A stretch of 64,000 bases of DNA from an uncultured Acidobacteriota bacterium (GCA_963793695.1 CAWCBB010000028.1:657-64656), one strand, 5' to 3'. Shown: positions 32,769 through 42,500, counted from the first letter of the stretch. Numbers and translations are program-made. Notes: generated by a model not told the origin, from the sequence alone.

Positions 32769-33614
32769 ATGATCGACCTCACCAAACTCGCCGAGCCGGG
32801 CTCGATCGAAGAGAGCCTGATCCGCGGAATCGATCTGAAACGCCTTCCCCGTCACGTCGCCGTGATCATGGACGGCAACGGGCGCTGGGCGCGACAGCGC
32901 AGCCTTCCGCGCGTCGAGGGGCACCGCGCCGGGATCGCCTCCGTCCGCGAGACCGTCGAGACGGCGGCGCGCCTCGAGCTCGGGGCGCTCACCCTCTACG
33001 CTTTCTCGGTCGAGAACTGGAAGCGTCCCCGCTACGAAGTCTCGACGCTGATGATGCTTCTCAAGGAGTACCTCCGGAAGGAGATCGACACCCTCCGGGA
33101 GAACAACATCCGGTTCGTTCCGATCGGCCGCATCGAGGGACTCGATCCGACCGTGCAGCGCGAGCTGCGCTGGGCGGAGAAGGAGACCGCGGAAAACACG
33201 GGCCTCCTCTTCCAGATCGCCCTCAACTACGGCGGCCGCGCCGAGATCGTCGACACGGTCAACCGCATCATCGGCGTGCTTCGCGAGAAGGGCCTCCGCG
33301 ATTTCGAAGTCGACGAAGAGTTCTTCGCGAACCACCTCTACACGGCGCGCGTCCCCGATCCCGACCTCCTCATCCGGACGAGCGGCGAGCTGCGGGTCTC
33401 GAACTTCCTCCTCTGGCAGATCGCCTACTCCGAGATCCACGTCACCAAGGTCCTCTGGCCCGACTTCCGCCGCCGCCATCTCTTCGAGGCGATCGTCGAC
33501 TTCCAGTCGCGCGATCGCCGCTACGGCGGCGTGCCCGACGAGGAGTCGGAGATCTTCGCCGAGGCGGAGCCGGACGCTCTCGAAAGGAGAGAACAGCAGC
33601 CTCGCTCGAGGTGA
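32769..33614 (+). CDS. uppS: Isoprenyl transferase (undecaprenyl diphosphate synthase)
   Basis: HVAVIMDGNGRWA and IRTSGELRVSNFLLWQIAYSE. Confidence 0.9.
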   Translation: MIDLTKLAEPGSIEESLIRGIDLKRLPRHVAVIMDGNGRWARQRSLPRVEGHRAGIASVRETVETAARLELGALTLYAFSVENWKRPRYEVSTLMMLLKEYLRKEIDTLRENNIRFVPIGRIEGLDPTVQRELRWAEKETAENTGLLFQIALNYGGRAEIVDTVNRIIGVLREKGLRDFEVDEEFFANHLYTARVPDPDLLIRTSGELRVSNFLLWQIAYSEIHVTKVLWPDFRRRHLFEAIVDFQSRDRRYGGVPDEESEIFAEAEPDALERREQQPRSR

Positions 33615-34466
33615 GCTCTCCGATGACGGACGCGCCGTCGACCCCCGTTCCCCGCCGTTTCGCCCGTGAGCTGACGACGATCGTCGCCGCGCCCGTCGTC
33701 GTCTGGATCATCGGCTGGGCTCCGGTCTGGGCGTACGTCGCCCTCGTCACCGTCGCGCTCGCGATCGCGCTCTGGGAGTTCATCGCTCTCGGCGCGCGCA
33801 AGGGATACCCGGTCCAGCAGGTCATCTCGATCCTGCTCATGCTCCTTCTCGTCTGGACCTTCCTCGAACCGGGAGTGTCCGTCGAGATCGGCGTCTTCGC
33901 AGTCCTCCTCATCATTCCGGCGTCGTACGTCTTCGCGCGCTCCCCGTTGGAGGAGGCGCTTCCGGCGACCGCGGTCTGCGTCCTCGCGACGCTCTACGTC
34001 GGCATGCTCGGCGGCGCGATGATCCGGCTTCGAACGGATTTCCCCGGCGTCGGCCCCGAGCTCGTCTTCTTCCTGCTCATCGCGGTGTGGGCGAGCGATG
34101 CCGGGGCGTACTACGTCGGAAGGCGCTTCGGCACGCCACCGCCTCTCCCCTCGCGTGAGCCCGAAGAAGACCATCGAAGGGGGGATCGGCGGTCTCGCGA
34201 CCTCGCTTCTCGCCGCCGCGATCGTCCACTTCACCTTCTTCCCCGAGTTCCCGCTCATGCACGCGCTCCTCGCCGCGCTCCTCCTCTCGATCGCCGGCGT
34301 CGTCGGCGACCTCGCCGAGTCGATGTGGAAGCGCTCGGCCGCGGTCAAGGACTCGGGCGTCCTCATCCCCGGCCACGGCGGCTTCCTCGACCGCGTCGAC
34401 TCGATCCTCTTCACCGCCCCGATCCTCTACGCCTACTGGTTCGTCCTCAACGAGCCCTGGCCGTAA
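33611..34466 (+). CDS. cdsA: Phosphatidate cytidylyltransferase, one frame disruption
   Basis: SDAGAYYVGRRFG lies in ORF 33611..34531. SPKKTIEGGIGG and GHGGFLDRVDS lie in ORF 34098..34466. The switch is near 34131-34135. Confidence 0.8.
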
Positions 34467-34470
34467 AGGC

Positions 34471-34568
34471 GGTCTGGGGGTCTAGGGGTCCCGCGCCCGG
34501 GCCCGCGCCCGGACCCGCGCCCGGCCTTTGACTTCTGGACTCGATACCGCCCTCGCGCCTAGACTCGG
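34471..34568. repeat. Composite: octamer GGTCTGGG arms enclosing a single GGGCRC-family arm
   Basis: GGTCTGGG GGTCTAGG GGTCCCGC (34471-34494), then CCGCGC CCGGGC x3 plus TTTGACTT (34491-34534), then the inverted CTGGACTC..CTAGACTC (34535-34566). It ends about 6 nt before the dxr ATG. Confidence 0.8.
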
Positions 34569-34573
34569 CGCGC

Positions 34574-35753
34574 ATGCGCCGCATCTCGATCCTCGGCTCC
34601 ACCGGCTCCATCGGCCGCAGCACTCTCGCGGTCGTCGACGCCTTCCCCGACCGGCTGGAGGTCATCGCCCTCTCCGCGGGGCGCAACGTCGAGGTCCTCG
34701 CCGAACAGGTCCGCCGCTACCGCCCGCAGCTCGTCTCCCTCGGCCACGAGGCCGACGAGCCGCGCCTTCGCGAGCTTCTCGGACCCGAGGACCCTCCCGA
34801 GATCGTCTGCGGCAGCGAGGGGGCGCGCGCGGTCGCGACGCACCCCGGCTCGGACACCGTGATCGCGGCGATCGTCGGCGCGGCCGGGATTCCTCCCGTC
34901 TACGACGCCCTCCTCCGCGGCAAGCGCGTCGGCATCGCGAACAAGGAAGTCCTCGTCGCCGCGGGCGACCTGATGACCGAGGCCGCGCGGAAGCATGGAG
35001 GCGAGATCCTTCCGGTCGACTCCGAGCACAACGCCGTGCACCAGGCGATCCGCTGCGGCGGCCATGACGAGATCCAGCGCATCATCCTCACCGCCTCCGG
35101 CGGGCCGTTCCTGCGGCGCGACATCGCGACCTTCGGCGAGATCACCGTCGACGCCGCCCTCGCGCATCCGACCTGGAAGATGGGGAGCAAGATCTCGATC
35201 GACTCCGCGACGATGATGAACAAGGGGCTCGAGGTCATCGAGGCGCATCACCTCTTCGGGCTCGAGGCCGACCGGATCGACATCATCATCCACCCGCAGT
35301 CGATCGTTCACTCGATGGTGGAGTTCGTCGACGGATCGATCATCGCGCAGATGTCGACCGACCGACATGAAGTTCCCGATCCAGTACGCCCTCCTCTATC
35401 CCGAGCGCACCCCCGCTCCCTTCGCCCGCCTCGACCTCGGCAAGATCCGGCAGCTCGAGTTCCTCCAGGTCGAACCGGAACGTTTCCCGGCGGTCGCGCT
35501 GGCGTACGAAGCCCTCTCCGCCGGCGGCTCCGCGCCGGCCGTGCTCAACGCCGCGAACGAGATCGCCGTCAGCCGGTTCCTCCACGGCGAGATTCCGTTT
35601 CTGAGCATCGTGGAGATCGTCCGCACGGTCTTCGACAAGCACCTCCCCTCGCGCGCCCCCCTCGGCTCCATCGACGACGCCCTCGAGTGGGACCGCTGGG
35701 CGCGCAATGAAGCGCGCGGAGTGCATGTTGCTCAAGTAGTCGGGGAGAAGTAG
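34574..35753 (+). CDS. dxr: 1-deoxy-D-xylulose-5-phosphate reductoisomerase, one frame disruption
   Basis: ILGSTGSIG, DSEHNA, SGGPF, HPTWKMG and NKGLEVIEA lie in ORF 34574..35710. The C-terminal domain (MKFPIQYALLYPER...) lies in ORF 35367..35753. The switch is near 35356-35366. Confidence 0.9.
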
Positions 35754-35891
35754 GCAGGGAGAAGGGTCCCCCCCCGACCGGGTGGCACGATCTTCGATGA
35801 GCGAAACCGCGGTCCCTATCGGGTCGTACTGAATTGGAACGGATCCCGGTCACGCGAACCCTTCTCCCTGACTCCATTTCCCTGACTACAA
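35735..35891. repeat. Tandem-repeat-armed palindrome, 14-nt unit GGGAGAAGTAGGCA
   Basis: Left arm at 35735-35769, overlapping the last dxr codons and the TAG stop. Right arm CTTCTCCCTGACTCCATTTCCCTGACTAC at 35861-35889. The rseP ATG is at 35896. Confidence 0.75.
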
Positions 35892-35895
35892 AAAT

Positions 35896-37212
35896 ATGGC
35901 CTCCAACATCGCCACCAACCTCGTCGCCTTCGTCATCGTCCTCGGCTTTCTGATCTTCGCCCACGAGGCGGGTCATTTCGTCGTGGCGAAGCTCTTCCGC
36001 GTGCGCGTGCTCGTCTTCTCGTTCGGCTTCGGAAAACGGCTGTTCGGGTTCCGGCGGGGTGACACCGACTACCGCGTCTCTCTCCTTCCTCTCGGCGGCT
36101 ACGTCCGGATGGCGGGGGATGCGGCCGAGGAGGAGCTGACCGGGGCGCCGGACGAGTTTCTCTCGAAGCCGAAGTGGCAACGGTTTCTGATCCTGCTCGC
36201 CGGGCCCGCGATGAACATCCTCATCGCGATCCTGTTTCTCGCCGGGCTGCTCATGGCGGGGCGGGAGATGCTGCGCGAGTCGCAGCCGGTGATCGGGAGC
36301 CTGGTCGCCGGGAAGCCGGCGGAGACGGCGGGGCTGCGGATCGGCGACCGGATCGTGAGCGTGGGCGACGAGCGGATCCGGACGTGGGAGGATCTCAAGC
36401 TCGCGATCAGCATGAATCCCGGGACGCGGGTCCGCGTCGGGTACGAGCGCGACGGCCAGGAGCGGACGACGCTCCTCACGCCGGAGCGCGTGGTGACGGA
36501 CTACGGCGTCACGGGCGTGGCGGGGATCACCCCGTTCATCTCGACGGAAGTCGGCAAGGTTCTCCCTGGATCGGCGGCTGAGGGGGCGGGGCTCCGTTCC
36601 GGAGACGTGATCGTCGCCGCGGACGGAAAGCGCACCGGGCAGCTCGTCGAGCTGGAGAAGGCGCTCGACGAGAACAAGGCGAAGAGCGTTCGGCTGACGG
36701 TCGCACGCGGCGGCGCGGAGGTCGATCTGATTCTCGCTCCGATGAAGAGCGCGCAGGAGGCCTGGCCCGGCTTCGTCCCGCCGACGGAGGTCCGCAAGCT
36801 GGCCCTCGGGCCGGCGCTCTCCGAGAGCGTCTCGCAGAACTGGAAGATGGTGAAGTACACCTTCACGGTCATCGGTCGCCTCTTCAAGGCGCAGGGAAGC
36901 GTGAAGGACTTCTCCGGCCCGATCTCGATCGCCCGGATCTCGGGCGAGATGCTCCGCACCGGCGCGCAGGCGGTCATCTTCCTGATGGCGACGATCTCGC
37001 TCCAGCTCGGCGTGCTGAACCTGCTTCCGATCCCGGTCCTCGACGGGGGGCACATCTTCATCCTGCTGTTTGAAGGGGTCGCGGGCAGGGATCTGTCGTT
37101 GACCGCGAAGGAGCGGTTGTTCCGGATCGGATTCGCGTTTCTGGCGGCCTTGATGATCGTCGTGCTCTTCAACGACGTCATCCAGAACATTGGGATCATG
37201 AGGCGGGGATAA
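35896..37212 (+). CDS. rseP: RIP metalloprotease RseP (M50 site-2 protease)
   Basis: HEAGHF, PDZ region and NLLPIPVLDGGH. It completes the conserved uppS-cdsA-dxr-rseP order. Confidence 0.9.
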   Translation: MASNIATNLVAFVIVLGFLIFAHEAGHFVVAKLFRVRVLVFSFGFGKRLFGFRRGDTDYRVSLLPLGGYVRMAGDAAEEELTGAPDEFLSKPKWQRFLILLAGPAMNILIAILFLAGLLMAGREMLRESQPVIGSLVAGKPAETAGLRIGDRIVSVGDERIRTWEDLKLAISMNPGTRVRVGYERDGQERTTLLTPERVVTDYGVTGVAGITPFISTEVGKVLPGSAAEGAGLRSGDVIVAADGKRTGQLVELEKALDENKAKSVRLTVARGGAEVDLILAPMKSAQEAWPGFVPPTEVRKLALGPALSESVSQNWKMVKYTFTVIGRLFKAQGSVKDFSGPISIARISGEMLRTGAQAVIFLMATISLQLGVLNLLPIPVLDGGHIFILLFEGVAGRDLSLTAKERLFRIGFAFLAALMIVVLFNDVIQNIGIMRRG

Positions 37213-37224
37213 CCGTTCGGCGAC

Positions 37225-38191
37225 GGGAGCGCGGGCGTCCTCGCCCGCCGTTGCGGCGGCGTCCCGCCGCCGATCCGCAATGGCGCCGCGGGACGCGGCG
37301 CCAACGGCGGCCGAGACGGCCGCGCCCCTGAAGGCTTTCCGAGGTACACTTTCCCTCCCACCTTCGCTCTCTGACGCTGCCTGCTTCGGCGACGTCAAAT
37401 GAGAACCACACGAACGATCCTCTATTCAACAACTGCGCATCTGAGGATCCGCGGCCGGTCCCGCCTTCCACACTTCGAGCTGGATCACGCGATCTATTTC
37501 GTCACCTGGCGACTCGCCGATTCGCTGCCGCAGCATGTCGCAGAGGATCTGCAGAAGGAATGGAAGTGGCTGGGTGAGCAGCTTCAGACGCGCGAAATGA
37601 CGCCCGCCGCACGGAGCGCTCTGTTGAGTCACTATTCGAAGACATACGAGGGGGCTCTCGACGAGGGGTTCGGCTCCTGCATTCTTTCGAATCGCGACGC
37701 GGCGCACATCGTCCAGGGAGCACTCCTCTTTTTCGACCAGCAGCGGTACGACCTGTTCGCCTGGGCGGTAATGCCCAACCACGTTCACGTCGTGTTCTTC
37801 CTTGAGAGAGGAGACCAACTGGATCGCGTACTCCATTCGTGGAAGTCGTTCACGGCACATCGAATCAACCAACGTCTCGACCGGCGCGGAAAACTGTGGC
37901 AGGACGAGTACTTCGACCGGATTGTCCGCGACGAGCGCGAGCTCGAGCAGACGATTCAATACGTGATCAACAACCCCGCCGCGGCGGGCATGCAGGACTG
38001 GCCTTTCGTCGGAGCAAAGTTCCGGGGAATTGAATAACGGAGCAGCTGCAGCTGGTGTCGGGCGTCCTCGCCCGCGACAGGGGCGCGGGCGTCCTCGCCC
38101 GCCGTTGCGGCGGCGTCCCGCCGCCGCCAGATCCGGATACAAGGCGCCGCGGGGACGCGGCGCCAACGGCGGCCGGGACGGCCGCGCCCCT
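37225..38191 (+). mobile_element. RAYT gene with flanking compound REP-B palindromes
   Basis: Left flank 37225-37329 and right flank 38080-38191 are near-identical ~105-nt units: GGG(A/G)GCGCGGGCGTCCTCGCCCGCCGTTGCGGCGGCGTCCCGCCGCCG..GGCGCCGCGGGACGCGGCGCCAACGGCGGCCG(A/G)GACGGCCGCGCCCCT. An extra half hairpin lies at 38055-38079. Confidence 0.7.
37399..38037 (+). CDS. REP-associated tyrosine transposase (RAYT, IS200/IS605-like Y1 HUH enzyme)
   Basis: 212 aa with the HUH motif PNHVHVVF, the catalytic-Tyr motif IQYVINNPAAAG, and the N-terminal RLPHFELDHAIYFVTWRL. It is flanked on both sides by compound REPs. Confidence 0.8.
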   Translation: MRTTRTILYSTTAHLRIRGRSRLPHFELDHAIYFVTWRLADSLPQHVAEDLQKEWKWLGEQLQTREMTPAARSALLSHYSKTYEGALDEGFGSCILSNRDAAHIVQGALLFFDQQRYDLFAWAVMPNHVHVVFFLERGDQLDRVLHSWKSFTAHRINQRLDRRGKLWQDEYFDRIVRDERELEQTIQYVINNPAAAGMQDWPFVGAKFRGIE

Positions 38192-38227
38192 GTGGGACCC
38201 ATCACGATCGCGAACCAACGCGCCGTG

Positions 38228-39478
38228 CTATTCGTCCACGCCCAGAATCATCAATCGCAATCCATTCAGCGCCATCTGCGTCGCGTAATGCTTCACGAGC
38301 TCCCGGTTCCCGACGAACTGATACAACCGGTGGCGCACCTGCTCGCGGCTCGCGACGGCCACGTGCACCGTCCCGACCGGCTTCTTCGGCGTTCCGCCGG
38401 CCGGCCCCGCGATGCCGGTGATCCCGATGCCGTACGTCGTGTCGAACCGCCGCCGCACACCCTTCGCCATCTCGCGCGCGACCGGCTCCGACACCTCCCC
38501 CTCCTCCTGCACGAGCTTCGGGTCGACCCCGATCATGAAGAGCTTCGCCTGCTGCGAGTATGTGACGACGCCTCCCATGAAGTACGCCGAGCTCCCCGAC
38601 ACGTCCGTCAGCCTCGACGCGAGCAGACCTCCGGTGCACGACTCCGCCGTCGACACCGTCTCCCCGCGCGAGGCGAGCTGCCGTCCCACTGCGCACTCGA
38701 GCGTCTCGTCGTCCAGGCCGAACACGCGCGAGCCGTAGATCTCCCGCAGCTCCTTCTCCATCGCCACGAGCCGCGGATACGACTCGTCCGCCGTCCCGTC
38801 CGCCCGCAGATGGATCTGGATCTCGCCGCGCGACGCGAGGATCGTGATCACCTCGCCTCGATGGTTTCGGTAGAACGGCCGGAGCTTCTCCTCCACCGCC
38901 GACTCCGTCATCCCGACCACGCGGACGATCCGCCGGTGGATCGACTGCGACGAGAGACTCCGCAGCCACGGCTCGAGATCATCCTTCACCATCCCTTCGA
39001 GCTCGCGCGGCACTCCGGGGAACACCCAGATGTGCCGCTGCCGGCCGTTCCAGCGGACGTTCAGATGAAATCCCGGCGCGGTGCCGCGCTTGTTCTCGAG
39101 AATGCGGTGTCCGGGAAAGACGAGAGCCTGCTTCCGGTTCACCTCGGGCATTTCCAGCCCGCGCTCCTCGAACATCTTCCGGATCCGCGCGAGGACCCCC
39201 GCATCCTCCTCGAGCGGCACCCCGATCACCTTCGCGATCACGTCCTTCGTCAGATCATCCTCGGTCGGGCCGATGCCGCCCGAGGTGATGACCAGCTCGT
39301 GGCGATCGAGCGCCGCGCGCAGCTCCTGCTCGATGATCTCGGGATCGTCCGGCACGACGTACTTCCGCGCCAGCTCCACCCCGTACTTCTCGAGCGCTTC
39401 GGCGATCCCGAGAGAGTTCGTGTCGACGCGCGTGTGCCCCAGGAGCTCGGTTCCAATCGCGAGAATTGCGGCCTTCAT
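38228..39478 (-). CDS. cinA: Competence/damage-inducible protein CinA (MoCF-type domain + nicotinamide-nucleotide amidase domain)
   Basis: AILAIGTELL, ITSGGIGPTEDDLT and ESCTGGLL, with GGGAGG upstream of the ATG. Confidence 0.9.
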   Translation of the reverse strand: MKAAILAIGTELLGHTRVDTNSLGIAEALEKYGVELARKYVVPDDPEIIEQELRAALDRHELVITSGGIGPTEDDLTKDVIAKVIGVPLEEDAGVLARIRKMFEERGLEMPEVNRKQALVFPGHRILENKRGTAPGFHLNVRWNGRQRHIWVFPGVPRELEGMVKDDLEPWLRSLSSQSIHRRIVRVVGMTESAVEEKLRPFYRNHRGEVITILASRGEIQIHLRADGTADESYPRLVAMEKELREIYGSRVFGLDDETLECAVGRQLASRGETVSTAESCTGGLLASRLTDVSGSSAYFMGGVVTYSQQAKLFMIGVDPKLVQEEGEVSEPVAREMAKGVRRRFDTTYGIGITGIAGPAGGTPKKPVGTVHVAVASREQVRHRLYQFVGNRELVKHYATQMALNGLRLMILGVDE

Positions 39479-39507
39479 TCAGCCTCCCGTTTTGCTCCGT
39501 GGCGCGA

Positions 39508-39702
39508 ATTGCAGATTGCAGATCTCGGATTGCAGATTGGCGTCGGCCCCATCACTCCGCCATTTCAAGACTACGCGTCATGCGCCTCCCCCACCCAGAT
39601 CCCTCGCTACGCTCGGGATGACATGAGCGCGAGTAGCTGCCTCCGCGCCCGTGCACGCGCCCGCGCCCGCGCCCGGTTTTTCCAATCTGCAATCTGCAAT
39701 CA
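39508..39702. repeat. Tandem-repeat-armed palindrome, TGCAGAT family, with nested modules
   Basis: Left arm at 39508-39538. Right arm AATCTGC x2 plus AATCACG at 39684-39704, overlapping the ABC-F stop. Inside are the inverted box CCAGATCCCTCGCTACGCTCGGGATGACATG (39595-39625) and a single GGGCRC arm (39644-39683). Confidence 0.9.
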
Positions 39703-41613
39703 CGTCTCCAGCCCCTGCCACTCCGCATACAGCCCCTCGATCTCCTGCTTCAATTCGCCCTTCCGTTCCTGCAGAACCCGCACCCGCTCCCCGTCCCTCC
39801 AGACGCTCTCCGAGCAGAGCTCCAGATCGTGCGCCTCGATCTCCTTCTCCGCCGCGGCGATCCGCGCCTCAATCGCGGCCGCGCGCTCGGCCGCCTTTCG
39901 CGTCGCCTTGTCGCGCCGCTTCTGTTGATCCCGGGCGAGAGTGGGATCGGCCTGCGCCGGCGCGGCCGTCTTCGGCGCCGGCTTCCGCACCGCCTCCGAC
40001 TCCGCCCTCGACGACTCCTCGACCAGCCGCGCAACCACCTGCGAGTAGTTCCCGGCGTGGATCTCCGCTTCTCCGTCCTCGACCGCGATGATGTGCTCCG
40101 CGACGCGGTCGATGAAATATCGGTCGTGCGAGACGACGATCAGCGCGCCGGTGAACCCTTCGAGCGCTTCTTCCAGGGCCTCGCGCGTGTAGACGTCGAG
40201 ATGGTTCGTCGGCTCGTCGAGCAGGAGCAGGTTCCCGCCGACGTACATGATCTTCGCGAGCGCGAGCCTCCCCTTCTCGCCGCCGGAGAGCGCCGCGGTC
40301 TTCTTCTCGATGTCGTCCTCGAAGAACGAGAAGCGCGCGAGGTACGACCGCACCTGCTCTTCGGTGCGCGAGTGATCGAGGTCCCAGATCTCGTCGAGGA
40401 CGGTCGCCGTGGGGCGCAGGTCGCCGAGGGTCTGGTCGTAGTAGCCGACCTGGACGTTGTGGCCGTAGTGGACGTCGCCGCCGAGCGGCATGATCCGGCC
40501 TGCGAGCGTCTTGAGGAGCGTCGATTTGCCGGAGCCGTTCGGCCCCATGATCGCGTAGCGCTCGCCGCGGCGCACGGTGAGGTCGACGCCGCGCACGACC
40601 ACCGTGTCGTCCCATCCAACGGTGAGCTTCTCGGCGGTCAGCGCGATCGCGCCGGAGCGCGGCCCGGCGTCGAGCTTGAACTTCGCGAGCGTCTCGTCGT
40701 GCTCCGGCCGCTCGAGGCGCTCGAGCCGGTCGAGCATCTTCCGGCGCGATTGCGCCTGCTTCGTCTTCTGGCCGGCGATGTTGCGGCGGATGAACTCCTG
40801 CGTCCGCGCGATCTCCTCCTGCTGCCGCTCGAAGAGCGTCGCCATCTGCTCCATCCGCTCGGCGCGCTGCGCGACGAAGCGGTCGTAGTTGCCGTGGTAC
40901 TCGATGAGGTTGCCGTGCGCGAGCTCGACGATCCTCTGGACGGTCCGGTTGAGGAACGTCCGGTCGTGCGAGATGACCAGGTACGCCCCCGCGTACGAGT
41001 TGAGGAACTCCTCGAGGAACTCGATCCCGCGGAGGTCGAGGTGGTTCGTCGGCTCGTCGAGCAGGAGGACGTCGACGCGCGAGAGAAGCATGCGCGCGAG
41101 CATCGCCCGGTTCTGCTGCCCGCCGCTGAACTCCTGGATCGGCCGCTCCCAATCCTCCTTCGCGAATCCCACCCCCGTCAGCACCCTCTCCACCTCGGAG
41201 TGGATCGTGTACCCGTCCGAGTGCTCGTACTCGTGCTGCAGGTCGGCGTACTTGTGGAGGATCGCGTCGTGGTCCGGCTCGTCCGGGTCGGCGAGCCGGT
41301 GCTCGATGTCGCGCATCTTCTGCTCGATCGCCAGCACGTCCGCGAACGCCGAGAGGACGAAATCGAAGAGCGACACGGACCGATCCGCGTCGAGGTGCTG
41401 CCCGAGGTGGCCGATGCGCAGCCCGTTGAGGCGGAACACCTCTCCCCCGTCCGGCTCCTCGGTACCGAGGAGGATCCGGAAGAGGGTCGTCTTCCCCGCG
41501 CCGTTGCGGCCGACGAGCCCGACCCGCTCGCCCGGGTTGTGCTGCCACGTCGCGTCGCGGAGGACGTCGTTGAAGCCGTAGGATTTCCTTATGTTTTCGA
41601 ATCGATAAAGCAT
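39700..41613 (-). CDS. ABC-F family ATPase (two ABC domains, C-terminal coiled coil)
   Basis: GRNGAGKTT / LSGGQQNR / LLLDEPTNHLD and GPNGSGKST / LSGGEKGR / LLLDEPTNHLD. The ATG at 41613 (MLYRFENIRKSYG) is chosen because the upstream part of the ORF is repeat-encoded. Confidence 0.9.
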   Translation of the reverse strand: MLYRFENIRKSYGFNDVLRDATWQHNPGERVGLVGRNGAGKTTLFRILLGTEEPDGGEVFRLNGLRIGHLGQHLDADRSVSLFDFVLSAFADVLAIEQKMRDIEHRLADPDEPDHDAILHKYADLQHEYEHSDGYTIHSEVERVLTGVGFAKEDWERPIQEFSGGQQNRAMLARMLLSRVDVLLLDEPTNHLDLRGIEFLEEFLNSYAGAYLVISHDRTFLNRTVQRIVELAHGNLIEYHGNYDRFVAQRAERMEQMATLFERQQEEIARTQEFIRRNIAGQKTKQAQSRRKMLDRLERLERPEHDETLAKFKLDAGPRSGAIALTAEKLTVGWDDTVVVRGVDLTVRRGERYAIMGPNGSGKSTLLKTLAGRIMPLGGDVHYGHNVQVGYYDQTLGDLRPTATVLDEIWDLDHSRTEEQVRSYLARFSFFEDDIEKKTAALSGGEKGRLALAKIMYVGGNLLLLDEPTNHLDVYTREALEEALEGFTGALIVVSHDRYFIDRVAEHIIAVEDGEAEIHAGNYSQVVARLVEESSRAESEAVRKPAPKTAAPAQADPTLARDQQKRRDKATRKAAERAAAIEARIAAAEKEIEAHDLELCSESVWRDGERVRVLQERKGELKQEIEGLYAEWQGLET

Positions 41614-41623
41614 GGCGTAGGAC

Positions 41624-41761
41624 GATTGCGGATTGCAGATTGCAGATTGCAGATTACGGAGCCGGACGGAGCGTTTCTCTCTCCGAACGACCCTCGGCAC
41701 TGCAAACCACGAGCGCTAGCGTACAATTGCACCGATTCTCAATCTGCAATCTGCAATCGAC
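41624..41761. repeat. Tandem-repeat-armed palindrome, TGCAGAT family
   Basis: 5 units at 41624-41658. The inverted units GATTCTC AATCTGC AATCTGC AATCGAC lie at 41734-41761. The core begins TACGGAGCCGGAC, as in the 17981 copy. It lies between the divergent ABC-F and pdxJ starts. Confidence 0.9.
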
Positions 41762-41764
41762 ACC

Positions 41765-42478
41765 ATGTTTCTCGCGGTCAACATCGATCATATCGCCACC
41801 ATCCGCCAGGCACGGAGGGCGGACGAGCCGGATCCGGTCGCCGCGGCGGTGATCTGCGAGCTCGCGGGGGCGCGCGGGATCACCGTCCATCTCCGGAGCG
41901 ACCGGAGGCACATCCAGGACCGCGACATCGAGGTGCTTCGGCGGACGGTGACGACCCATCTCAACGTGGAGATGGCGGCGACGCGGGAGATGACGCGGAT
42001 CGCGCAGCAGCAGAAGCCGCACCGGGTGACGCTCGTCCCCGAGCGGCGGGAGGAGCTGACGACCGAGGGCGGGCTGGACGTCGTACTTCATGCCGGCAAC
42101 GTCGAGGGCGCGGTGCGGGAGCTCTCGTCCGCGGGGATCGAAGTCTCGATCTTCGCCGATCCCGACCTCGAGCAGATCCGCGCCTGCCACAGGCTGGGCG
42201 CGCCGGCGGTCGAGATCAACACCGGCAAGTTCGCCGACCAGTGGCGTGACGCGAAGGCGGCGCGCGAGCAACTCGAGAAGATCGAGAACGCCGCGAAGGC
42301 GGGCCGGAAGCTCGGCCTCCGCGTCTTCGCCGGGCACGGCCTGACTTACCGCAACATCCACCCGATCGCGCGCATCACCGAGATCGAGGAGCTGAACATC
42401 GGGCATTCGATCATCGCCCGGGCGTCGCTCGTCGGGCTGGAGCGGGCGGTGAGGGAGATGATCGCGCTGCTCGGATGA
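41765..42478 (+). CDS. pdxJ: Pyridoxine 5'-phosphate synthase
   Basis: [24 protein letters not shown] and FAGHGLTY. Confidence 0.95.
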   Translation: MFLAVNIDHIATIRQARRADEPDPVAAAVICELAGARGITVHLRSDRRHIQDRDIEVLRRTVTTHLNVEMAATREMTRIAQQQKPHRVTLVPERREELTTEGGLDVVLHAGNVEGAVRELSSAGIEVSIFADPDLEQIRACHRLGAPAVEINTGKFADQWRDAKAAREQLEKIENAAKAGRKLGLRVFAGHGLTYRNIHPIARITEIEELNIGHSIIARASLVGLERAVREMIALLG

Positions 42479-42500
42479 CGCCGGCGGCTTCGCCGCCGGC

